Part shown: positions 9,411 through 20,100 of the stretch, piece after piece
How positions within the stretch are numbered: the first letter of the stretch is position 1
Layout: every line of letters starts with the position of its first letter
Assembly: GCA_964619625.1 (NCBI GenBank)
Contig: CAZUFD010000001.1
Coordinates: 59,316-123,315 of the forward strand
Length of the DNA: 64,000 bases
Direction: 5' to 3'
DNA from: an uncultured Gammaproteobacteria bacterium
GTDB taxonomy: Bacteria; Patescibacteriota; Patescibacteriia; Magasanikbacterales; GWA2-37-8
Made by a program: the position numbers and the translations under genes
The notes under the pieces: generated by a model
Database searches by the model: none
Told to the model about the DNA's origin: nothing
The model's input: the letters and a program-made list of their open reading frames with translations, nothing else

Positions 9411-9507
9411 CACCCGGTTTTTCTTCTAGTAAAATGAGTTCACTCTTATCACTCTATTATTTTGAGTGCTAATAACTTTAATTAATAGCAATTAACTATC
9501 TAAATAT

Positions 9508-9590
9508 ATAGGGGCTTAAGCCGCATATATTCTCATTCACTCGGAATTAAATTAAACACATTTAATTTAATTCGCTCATTCATTTCGAAT
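9508..9590 (-). repeat. Intergenic bipartite-hairpin repeat, copy B, in reverse orientation. It ends at the groES start codon.
   Basis: Contains ATATAT-GGGGC-TTAA-GCCGC-ATATAT and the perfect AT hairpin GAATTAAATTAAA-cac-ATTTAATTTAATTC. Very similar to copy C. Confidence 0.65.
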
Positions 9591-9875
9591 ATGCAAATTA
9601 AACCATTAGGAGATAATGTTCTGGTAAAGCAAATCAAGGCCGATGAAGTGACTTCGTTTGGTTTGGTGTTGCCGGATAAAGACGAGAAAAAAGCCGAAGC
9701 CGAAGTAGTGGCCGTTGGTCCGGGTAAATTGCTTGAAAACGGACAGCGCAGCACTATGGAAGTAAAAGTAGGCGATAAAGTGTTATTAAAAAATTGGGGA
9801 GGAGAAAAAGTGGAATTAAATAAAGAAGAGTATAAAATTGTTTCACAGGATGATATTTTGGCAATAATTCAATAA
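9591..9875 (+). CDS. groES: Co-chaperonin GroES
   Basis: 94 aa. MQIKPLGDNVLVK...GLVLPD...mobile-loop pattern. Sits immediately upstream of groEL. Confidence 0.9.
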   Translation: MQIKPLGDNVLVKQIKADEVTSFGLVLPDKDEKKAEAEVVAVGPGKLLENGQRSTMEVKVGDKVLLKNWGGEKVELNKEEYKIVSQDDILAIIQ

Positions 9876-9974
9876 GAGTCTCATTTCTTAATTCACAATT
9901 GCTAGGGTTGAGTAAAAAAGAAAATTAATTTTCTTTTTTCGAAGCCCGACGTAATTGCAAAGTTTTACTTTTAA

Positions 9975-11630
<1,656 letters not shown>

Positions 11631-11646
11631 AAATCAAATTAAACAA

Positions 11647-11676
11647 AAGCGCTCCGAAAGGGGCGTTTTTGTTTGT
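11647..11676 (+). terminator. Rho-independent terminator after groEL
   Basis: GC stem CGCTCC-gaaa-GGGGCG followed by TTTTTGTTTG. Confidence 0.6.
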
Positions 11677-11722
11677 AAAAAATTTACATTAAGAGTAAAA
11701 TTAATTTAATCCATTTTGTTCT

Positions 11723-12223
11723 ATGAATTCAGCTATTCAATCTATAATTTCCGCATTTTCTGGTTTTCCTCCCGAACTGGCCACGTTTTTGGTAGCTATG
11801 ACGCCGATTTTGGAGCAAAGAGTAGCGCTACCCATGGCTATTATCGGTTTTGGCATGCCAGCCTGGAAGGCTCTTATAATTACACTTGCCGGAAATTTAT
11901 TGCCTATCACCGCATTATTGTATTTTGCCGATAATTTCCACCGTTGGGTGCAAAAAAATTCCGGTACTTTTTGGGGCAAAGCCTGGCTCAAGAAGCTTAA
12001 AGTAGCGCAGGAAAAATTTGCTAAGTATGAAAAGTACGGTCTACTTGGTCTGGCGATTTTTATCGCCTTACCAATTCCGGGCAGCGGAATTTTTACCGGT
12101 ACGATGTTGGCATTTTTGATGGGCGTGCCGTTTAAACACTCGCTGCCATATATTTGGGCGGCTGTTATTGGTTCATCTTTTGTAACTATGTTTATATCAA
12201 TTGGTGCTGATAAGATATTTTAG
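11723..12223 (+). CDS. Small polytopic membrane protein, putative small multidrug export family (COG2426-like)
   Basis: Four predicted TM helices. Resemblance to Sm_multidrug_ex-type proteins is recalled from memory, not searched. Confidence 0.45.
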   Translation: MNSAIQSIISAFSGFPPELATFLVAMTPILEQRVALPMAIIGFGMPAWKALIITLAGNLLPITALLYFADNFHRWVQKNSGTFWGKAWLKKLKVAQEKFAKYEKYGLLGLAIFIALPIPGSGIFTGTMLAFLMGVPFKHSLPYIWAAVIGSSFVTMFISIGADKIF

Positions 12224-12230
12224 GATTATT

Positions 12231-12653
12231 ATGGCAGAAGAGTCTGGTTCGAAAAAATCTATTTATGTTGATCCAAAACATATAGAACATGCTTTTGACT
12301 TTCCATTTTGGCGGGACAATAAAAAGCTATGGGCATTAGAAGTCCCTACTGAAGAGATGGATATTAATGAATTGTTGTGGATTTTAGAAGTTCCTTTTTG
12401 GGAAGATGAAAATGGAAATATTGTGATTTCGCCATTTGAAGTTATTAATAATCCAGATCAATATCCATTGCACAGAGATAAAATAAAAAATGCTGATATA
12501 ACACATCCCATTGATATAGCAAGGAATAAGAAAGGTGAGTGGTTGACCTTGGATGGACTGCATCGTCTAGTGAAATTGGTATTAGCAAAAGAAAAAATTA
12601 TTAAGATAAGAAAAATACCACCTGAACTCATTCCCTCAATAGCACAAGATTAG
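12231..12653 (+). CDS. Hypothetical protein with a possible ParB/Srx-like DGxHR motif
   Basis: Start chosen at MAEESG, which has an AGGA RBS. LTLDGLHRLVKLVLA resembles the ParB-nuclease-domain motif. Weak. Confidence 0.4.
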   Translation: MAEESGSKKSIYVDPKHIEHAFDFPFWRDNKKLWALEVPTEEMDINELLWILEVPFWEDENGNIVISPFEVINNPDQYPLHRDKIKNADITHPIDIARNKKGEWLTLDGLHRLVKLVLAKEKIIKIRKIPPELIPSIAQD

Positions 12654-12654
12654 T

Positions 12655-13731
12655 ATGTCCGTAGAAGATTTAAAAGAATTACAATCAAAAATAAAAGATA
12701 CAAAAAAACTTCTCAGTATTGAAGAGTTACAAAAGAAAATGGCGCAACTGGCAGATGAAATGAACGCGCCTGATTTTTGGAATAACCAAGAAAACGCCCA
12801 AGCGGTCAGCCAGGATTATCAAGATATAAAAAAAGAAATAGAAAAATTTGAAGACTTGGAAAAAAGAGCGAGCGACCTGTTGGAATTATCCGAATCCGGA
12901 GATGAATCATTGGCTGCGGAAATAGAAAGTCAAACCAAAAAATTACAAAAAGAATTCGCTGATTATGAATTTTTGGTACTGCTTAATGGGCCTTATGATA
13001 AAAATAACGCCATTATAACTATTCACGCCGGCGCCGGTGGTACCGAAGCTCAAGATTGGGCCGAAATGCTGCTAAGAATGATTATGCGTTTTTGCGATAA
13101 GATGCATTGGCAAACAAAAATTCTAGACGAATCGCGCGGAGCTGAAGCTGGTTATAAATCAGTAATGCTAGAAATAAAAGGAAGATACGCGTATGGATAT
13201 TTAAAATCCGAACACGGCGTGCACCGCCTGGTACGCATCTCTCCGTTTGATGCGGAAAAAATGCGCCACACTTCTTTTGCTTTAATAGAAGTTTTGCCCG
13301 AATTGGATGAAAAAATAAATATTGAAATTGATGCTAAAGATTTACGAATTGATACGTTTATGTCCGGCGGAAAAGGCGGGCAGAGCGTGAACACCACATA
13401 TTCGGCGGTGCGAATCGTGCATATTCCTACAAACATTTCTGTATCATGTCAGAACGAACGATCGCAGCAGCAAAACAAGGATATGGCCATGAAAATTTTG
13501 AAAGCAAAGTTGCATGCCTTGGAAGAAGAAAAGAAAGCCAAAGAACGCCAGGAAATGCGCGGCGAATTTAAATCCGCGGAGTGGGGCAATCAAATTCGTT
13601 CCTATGTGTTGCATCCATATCATTTAGTAAAAGATAACCGCAGCGAATATGAATCAGCAGACCCAGAATCAGTTTTGGAAGGAGATCTATTGCCGCTTAG
13701 CGAAGCGTATTTGAAATGGATAAAACAATAG
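12655..13731 (+). CDS. prfB: Peptide chain release factor 2
   Basis: The RF2-specific SPF tripeptide (RISPFD) and the GGQ motif (GGQSVNTT) are both present. The full N-terminus is in frame, so there is no +1 frameshift site. Confidence 0.9.
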   Translation: MSVEDLKELQSKIKDTKKLLSIEELQKKMAQLADEMNAPDFWNNQENAQAVSQDYQDIKKEIEKFEDLEKRASDLLELSESGDESLAAEIESQTKKLQKEFADYEFLVLLNGPYDKNNAIITIHAGAGGTEAQDWAEMLLRMIMRFCDKMHWQTKILDESRGAEAGYKSVMLEIKGRYAYGYLKSEHGVHRLVRISPFDAEKMRHTSFALIEVLPELDEKINIEIDAKDLRIDTFMSGGKGGQSVNTTYSAVRIVHIPTNISVSCQNERSQQQNKDMAMKILKAKLHALEEEKKAKERQEMRGEFKSAEWGNQIRSYVLHPYHLVKDNRSEYESADPESVLEGDLLPLSEAYLKWIKQ

Positions 13732-13812
13732 TATATGGGCTAAAGCCGCATATATTCTCATTCGCTCGGAAATAAATTAATACATTAATTTATTTCTCTC
13801 ACTCATTTCGAT
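13731..13812 (-). repeat. Intergenic bipartite-hairpin repeat, copy C, in reverse orientation. It fills the whole prfB-stop to tsaC-start gap.
   Basis: Contains ATATGGGC-TAAA-GCCGCATATAT and the perfect palindrome GAAATAAATTAAT-aca-TTAATTTATTTC. Its reverse complement aligns to copy A over about 75 nt, with compensatory changes in the GC hairpin. Confidence 0.7.
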
Positions 13813-13813
13813 T

Positions 13814-14416
13814 ATGGAAGTTTTAAAAGAGTGCAACCTGTCGGAAATAATCGTGGCTTTATTAGCAGGCAAGGTTTTGGTATTTCCTACGGAAACTTCT
13901 TATGGTTTGGGTTGTGACGCCACCAACCAAGAAGCCGTAAATAAAATTTTTAAGATAAAAGGCAGAAGCGATGATAAACCGCTTCTTATAGTAATGCCAA
14001 ATGTAGAAGTGGCAAAAAAATATGTGGTATGGAATAATACCATAGAGAAATTAGCAAGCGCGTATTGGCCAGGGGCCCTTACCATTGTTGGTCAAGCGTT
14101 GCCAAATTCCGGTTTGGCGAGCGGAGTAATCTCAAAAAATAATACCGTGGCCGTGCGTGTCAGCAAACATGATTTAGTAAAGTTTTTAAGCGAAAGTTTG
14201 GGTAAACCGCTTGTGGCAACTTCGGCCAATATCTCTGGTGCCGGAGATGTGTATAGCGGCAGCGCTGCCAAAATTATGTTTGCCGATAAAAAAAATCAGC
14301 CGGATATTATTTTAGATTTCGGAGAGTTGGAGCCCCGCCCTCCCACAACCCTGGTTGATGCAAGTAGTGATATAATGAGTATTATAAGACAAGGCCAAGT
14401 AGAAATAAACATCTAA
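13814..14416 (+). CDS. tsaC: L-threonylcarbamoyladenylate synthase (YrdC/TsaC/Sua5 domain)
   Basis: YrdC-domain motifs (FPTETSYGLGCDA and KGRSDDKPLLIVM) in a 200-aa single-domain protein. Confidence 0.8.
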   Translation: MEVLKECNLSEIIVALLAGKVLVFPTETSYGLGCDATNQEAVNKIFKIKGRSDDKPLLIVMPNVEVAKKYVVWNNTIEKLASAYWPGALTIVGQALPNSGLASGVISKNNTVAVRVSKHDLVKFLSESLGKPLVATSANISGAGDVYSGSAAKIMFADKKNQPDIILDFGELEPRPPTTLVDASSDIMSIIRQGQVEINI

Positions 14417-14418
14417 AC

Positions 14419-15567
14419 ATGTTTTCCATAAAAATTAAAGGCTGGGTAGCGTGGATGATAATCGGCATGGGTGCTGTAATTTTTTCTATTATATTTTTGG
14501 TTCAATATATTGTAGCCGTAGCCGAAACAGAATCCATGAGTGTTATGTCGCTGTTTCAGGCGGATCTTATTTCCGGCTATCAGCCCCGTAGCCGCAAAGA
14601 GCCTATAAAAGTAAAAGGTTTATACCTTACGGCATATTCGGCCGGCAGTGATAAAAAAATAAATTCCATAATTGATTTGGTAAATAAAACTGAACTAAAC
14701 GCGGTAGTCATAGATTTAAAAGATTATAGCGGTAAGGTGCTTTACGATTCACGAATCGCGCTAGTTGATGATTTGAAATTGCAAGATATTAGAATTAAAA
14801 ACGTTCCAGAGCTTCTGGAAAAATTGGATGATAATCATGTTTATAAAATCGCCCGTATTAGTGTTTTTCAAGATCCGATTTTGGCTGAACGTAAACCAGA
14901 GTGGGCTATAAAATCAAAAAAGGGCGGTTTGTGGCGGGATAAAAATAATTTGGCTTGGGTGGACCCGACTAATAAAGAAGTTTGGGCGTATGTGGCATCG
15001 GTCGCCAAAGAAGCTGGTCGGCTTGGTTTTGATGAAATAAATTTTGATTATATCCGGTTTCCCACCGATGGTCCGATGGGCGATATTGTTTATACTAACG
15101 GCAACAGCAAGCGCTACGAAGTCGTGGAAAAATTTTTTAAATACCTGTCTCATGAAATGCAAGACGAGCCAGTTTATATCTCGGCCGATTTATTTGGTCT
15201 GACTACGGAAAAGAAAGGGGAAGATGATATGCGAATCGGCCAGCGTTTGGACGATGCAGTTTTGTATTTTGATTATGTTATGCCCATGGTTTATCCGTCG
15301 CACTACCCGACCGGTTATCGCGGCTACAAAAACCCTGCCAATTACCCGTATGAAGTGGTTTATCAGTCTATGAAAGCCGGAGTAAAAAAATCCGAAGGAA
15401 AAAAAGCCAAGCTTCGCGCTTGGATTCAAGCGTTTAATTTGGGGGCGGTTTACGATGGTACAAAAATTCGCGCGGAGATAAAAGCGACCGATGACGCGGG
15501 TGCCGATGGCTGGGTGCTTTGGAACGCAGCTAACCGATATACGGATGCGGGTTTGGAAAAGGAGTGA
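14419..15567 (+). CDS. Putative glycoside-hydrolase-like TIM-barrel protein (GHL/DUF4015-like), membrane-anchored
   Basis: N-terminal TM helix. The motif FDEINFDYIRFP resembles the conserved ..DYIRYP motif of GHL-type putative glycosyl hydrolases. The family assignment is from memory. Confidence 0.5.
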   Translation: MFSIKIKGWVAWMIIGMGAVIFSIIFLVQYIVAVAETESMSVMSLFQADLISGYQPRSRKEPIKVKGLYLTAYSAGSDKKINSIIDLVNKTELNAVVIDLKDYSGKVLYDSRIALVDDLKLQDIRIKNVPELLEKLDDNHVYKIARISVFQDPILAERKPEWAIKSKKGGLWRDKNNLAWVDPTNKEVWAYVASVAKEAGRLGFDEINFDYIRFPTDGPMGDIVYTNGNSKRYEVVEKFFKYLSHEMQDEPVYISADLFGLTTEKKGEDDMRIGQRLDDAVLYFDYVMPMVYPSHYPTGYRGYKNPANYPYEVVYQSMKAGVKKSEGKKAKLRAWIQAFNLGAVYDGTKIRAEIKATDDAGADGWVLWNAANRYTDAGLEKE

Positions 15568-16409
15568 TCGGAATTATTATGAACCTAAAATTATTTAACG
15601 AAGATTATTTAAAACACCTCTGTAAACAATACGGCCTTATCCCCTCCAAAAAATACGGGCAGAATTTTTTGATAAATCCAGAACCGATAGAAGCCATGAT
15701 AGCGGCGGCGGAGATTAAAAAAGATGATACGGTGGTAGAAGTGGGTCCGGGCTTCGGCGTGCTTACGCTTGCTTTGGCCGAACAAGCAAAAAAGGTGTTG
15801 TCTTTTGAAATTGAAAAAAAACTGGAATCTTATTGGCAAGAACAAATGGAGCATAATAAAAATATAGAAATAATTTGGGGCAATATATTACACGAATTTA
15901 AAGGTGGTGGATTAAAAGCGGGGGAGTACAAAGTAGTAGCCAATTTGCCATATCAAATCACTTCGCATGTAATTAGGAAATTTTTAGAAATGGAAAATAG
16001 TCCGGAGATGTTAGTTTTGATGGTGCAAAAAGAAGTGGCCGAAAGAATTTGTGCGCAAGCAGGGGAGATGTCCGTCTTGGCAGTGTCTGTTCAGTATTAT
16101 GGTAAGCCAGAGATTGTCACTTTTGTACCACGTTCATCTTTTTGGCCAATGCCGGCGGTAGATTCGGCGGTGATTAAAATAAGAATTACGAATCATGAAC
16201 TAAGAAGCAAGAATAATAGCGAACATTTTTTCAAAATAATTAAAGCCGGGTTTTCCAGCCGCCGCAAAATGCTTATAAAAAATTTGAGCGCGGTGGCTGA
16301 TAAAAATATGTTGCGCGGTATCTTTAAAGAATTAAATATAGACGAAAAGGTGAGGGCGCAAGAATTAAGCGTGGAGCAGTGGAAAGAGATTGTAAGAAGT
16401 ATAGAGTAG
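15564..16409 (+). CDS. rsmA: 16S rRNA (adenine1518/1519-N6)-dimethyltransferase RsmA/KsgA
   Basis: YGQNFL motif and the SAM-binding VVEVGPGFGVLT motif, with a C-terminal helical domain. Confidence 0.9.
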   Translation: MIGIIMNLKLFNEDYLKHLCKQYGLIPSKKYGQNFLINPEPIEAMIAAAEIKKDDTVVEVGPGFGVLTLALAEQAKKVLSFEIEKKLESYWQEQMEHNKNIEIIWGNILHEFKGGGLKAGEYKVVANLPYQITSHVIRKFLEMENSPEMLVLMVQKEVAERICAQAGEMSVLAVSVQYYGKPEIVTFVPRSSFWPMPAVDSAVIKIRITNHELRSKNNSEHFFKIIKAGFSSRRKMLIKNLSAVADKNMLRGIFKELNIDEKVRAQELSVEQWKEIVRSIE

Positions 16410-16463
16410 TGAATAAGGTTATCCCCATTAAACTCTTTCGCATACTGTGATATACTATATTCG

Positions 16464-16536
16464 AAGTGAGCGAATATAGTAATAAAGCTTGCTTTGTTAC
16501 TTTTGAGCGAACGAGAATATATGTGGCAAAGCCCAT
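16464..16536 (+). repeat. Intergenic bipartite-hairpin repeat, copy D
   Basis: GAAGTGAGCGAATATAGTAATAAAGCTTGCTTTGTTACTTTTGAGCGAACGAGAATATATGTGGCAAAGCCCAT is near-identical to copy A. Confidence 0.7.
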
Positions 16537-16559
16537 GCAGTTAATTAACAGATGTTCGT

Positions 16560-17150
16560 ATGCCAGAGGAGCAAGATGAGAGACGGCTCTCTAAGGAACA
16601 AAAAATGGGCATAATCTTGCTCTCTATTTTTGCTGTATTCGCCATTGGCTTAGGTTTCTTGCAGATCCGCAATACCATGTATGCGCCGTTTGCGCTCAAT
16701 AATAAAGTTCCGTATGTAGTCAAAGATGATATAGAAACAAACGAAGCGTTAATGTATCGCGACACAGATAAAGACGGCCTTAATGATTTTGATGAATTGT
16801 ACGTATATATCACCAGTCCGTATTTAGCTGATACTGACTCCGATGGTATAAATGATAAAACCGAAATAGAAAAAGGATCAAACCCAATTTGTCCAGAAGG
16901 CCAAGTTTGTTCCGAAGCAGCGCTAAGCGGTGATACGCTCCCCAACACCACACCAATCGCGTCGGCTAGTTCAACATTGGGGCCGCCGCCTTCGGCCGAA
17001 GAGCTAGAAAAAATATTAAGCAGTCCGGCCGAGACTCGCAAGATGCTGCTGGCCGCGGGCTTTGATAAAAAGATTTTAGATCAAACATCCGACGAGGAAT
17101 TAATGAAGATGGTCAAAGAAATTTTAAGTTCTACGAGTACTCGATTTTAG
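16560..17150 (+). CDS. Membrane-anchored protein with Asp-rich calcium-binding (thrombospondin type-3/dockerin-like) repeats
   Basis: N-terminal TM helix. Repeats DTDKDGLNDFDE and DTDSDGINDKTE. Confidence 0.5.
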   Translation: MPEEQDERRLSKEQKMGIILLSIFAVFAIGLGFLQIRNTMYAPFALNNKVPYVVKDDIETNEALMYRDTDKDGLNDFDELYVYITSPYLADTDSDGINDKTEIEKGSNPICPEGQVCSEAALSGDTLPNTTPIASASSTLGPPPSAEELEKILSSPAETRKMLLAAGFDKKILDQTSDEELMKMVKEILSSTSTRF

Positions 17151-17158
17151 TATGCTAG

Positions 17159-20100
17159 TTGCCAGTTTGGCGTAATATGACAAAGTTTCAAAAATTCGGG
17201 ATAAAATTTTTGTTAGCAGTATTTACCTTTATCACTATCGGCGGATCTTTGTTTTATGTTCAGCCCGCCAAAGCTTTTCCTGTAGAAATTACCTGGGATC
17301 CGGGCTATGTTTGGAGTGTCTATAAAAGTTTTATAAAAGACGCGGCCGTAAGTATCAGCATCCAAACTTTTTCTTATTTTTTACGTCGAGTCGCGTATGA
17401 TTCGGCAGTTTGGCTTGCTTCCGGAGGAAAGGGGCAGGCATCTTTTGCGTATGGAAAAAACTTCGGTGATTATTTAAAAGACGTGGGTGATAGCGCCGCG
17501 GGTGTGGCCATTGAAGCTTTGGGCGAAGACTTTGGTTTTAATTTATGTAAGATTCCTGACCCAAAAATAGATTTGGCTATGCGTATCGGGCTTACGTATA
17601 AATTCATGGATTTAAAGCCGGATTTAAATACTGGTCCGGGAGTGCGTGAGCCAACTTGTACCTGGTCAACATTTCAAAATGACGTCTTAAGCGTGGATAA
17701 TTGGCAAAGCCAGTTTGGGAGCTCCGATAGTATAGCTCGTAAATTTAATGTGGCTTTTTCCGTAGAACAAACAGATATTGGTATCTTGCGCGGCGCTACA
17801 GATAAAATCAATAAATATGTGGCAAAGAAAATTGAAGCCGAGACGCTGCAAAGACAAGAGGGCGAGGGCTATTTGCCAAAAACTACGCTTATTTCCGGAG
17901 ATATTCTAGCTCCGGGCAAGAACATTTCCGAGGAAGCACAGGCGCAGAACCCTAACAAGCAAATCGAAGCGGCCCAAGCCGGATTTTTAACTACCTTGGG
18001 TACGGGTGCGGTCGGCACAATTGCCAGCGCCGGTTCAATATTTTTTAACACCTTAGCTTCACAAATGTTAAAAAATTGGCAGAATAAAGGCATGCTGCCG
18101 TTTGGTATTGGTTGTGTGGCTGGCGTGGGTACCGAATGTAAAGATGTGCAAGATACGCTAAGTAATTTACAGGGACAAGTTTCTCGCGGCGGCAGGCAGG
18201 CCGCACAGGCTTTGTTTAGCGATCTTTTAACGCCGCCAAATATCGCAGTTGATCAGTATAATGTTTTAGTAAATTTTACCAATTGTCCTACCAGCCCCGG
18301 TCCGGATAATTGTGTGGCGGATGCCGGTTTGGCCCAGGCCGCTCAAGAGGCAAATTCTGGCCGCACCGTTACGATCGCTGAAGCTTTAGAAAAAAATTGG
18401 CTCCATGCCGAATGGAGGCTAGTTTCTCCGGATAGGGTAGCCGATAATGTAGACCCAGGCTGTCACCAGCGAGCGTATTGTTATGCCAATATCGCCAAGC
18501 TGCGTAAAGCGCGAATTTTGCCGCTTGGTTTTGAAATCGCAGCCTTAAACAGCAACCCGGATCAGCCATGGACGCTCAAACAGGTTGTGGACGGATTTAA
18601 CGACTGTAATTTTATTAGAGATGTAAATGGTAATGTGGTGGGAGTTGATAACGATCCGGTCAATAAACCGTTCTGTAGATTGATTGATCCAAATTGGGTC
18701 TTGAAAGCGCCGTCGTCAAAGTGTAATTTCATGGCTTATGGAACCAGCCCATATTTTTCCGGTACGCCAAATCGTATTCAGGAGTGTGTAAATATGAGTA
18801 CCTGTGTGGCCTATGATAAGGATGGAAATTGTGCCACGCAAGGATACTGCACCCGAGAAAAAAATGTTTGGAAAATAGACGCGGCTAAATGTGATTCGCA
18901 AAATCGCACCTGCCGTACATTCCAGGATAGTACCGGCAAGACTGTAAGCTATTTGTACAGAACCTTGGATACCGGTTTTTGTAATCAAGATACCGTAGGC
19001 TGCGCCGAGTATAGTTTAAAGCAAAATACTGCCGGCAATTGGGTTGGATACGCGGAAAATGATCTAGGCTCTTTAGGAGAAAATTCTTCCGTTTACTTTA
19101 ATAATAAAGTTTCCACCAACTGTTCATCTAATTCAGACGGATGCTCTTCTTTCCAGGTGGCCAACAGTTCAGAAAAATTATATCTCAAAAAAGCGCCATA
19201 TTATAGCCAGTGTTATGATACGGATTTGTCTACGGCAGCCATAGATTGGCCGCGTACAGCCAGCGATTTAAATAGGCTGCCAAATAAACCGGCTTGCAAT
19301 AATTATTCCCAAGCCTGTATTGCCGACGAAGTAAATTGTAATTGGTACTCACCAACCAGTTATACGGGAGACAATATTCCCGGCAAATACACCCCGGCTA
19401 CTGTTTTGGAAGGCCAAATAGTTTGGAACGATCAGTGTGATGCTAGATGCGTGGGGTATGCCGCATACAGGGAAATGCCAAGTAATTATTCCAACGGTCA
19501 ACCTGTTTCTTACATTATTCCTTCATCTGGCAATTCGTGTAACGCCGTAGATGAGGGCTGTGCCAGCTTTACAAACCTCGGCACAACCGAAGGCGGTTTG
19601 GAAAAAGTTGAGCATTATTCTTATTTGCGACCTTGTATTTTGCCCGACACCACTAAACAAAAGACATTCTTTACATACGAAGGATCGGCTGTGGGCGGTT
19701 TCCAACTGAAGAGTTTTGTTTTAGAAAAAGATACGGATGGCAGTCCTAAATATTTTTATCGCACTGCCGATGATTTGGCTACGTATGCAGCTACTTGCAG
19801 CCAAAGCCTCTATCAACAAGGCTTGGCAAATCCGGATTGCCGTCAATTTAATGATGATCAAGGGGCTGTATATTACAAATTATTGTCAAAGACTATCGCG
19901 GTTGCCAGTAACTGTACGCCATTTAGATTAAATGATACCGAACTACACGATGTTGCGTTAAATGAAGTCAATTGTTTGGCGCAAAGAGGAAAATGGGATG
20001 CAACTGCCGGAAGTTGTCAGGTATGTTTCCAAAATGGTGAATACCGAGACGGTGAGTGTTTCTATTATGGCCTGCCCGGAAGTACGCCTAATACGGCCGG

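Noticed and set aside
12655-12760. Programmed +1 frameshift in prfB
   Set aside because: The complete RF2 N-terminus is encoded in a single frame from 12655.
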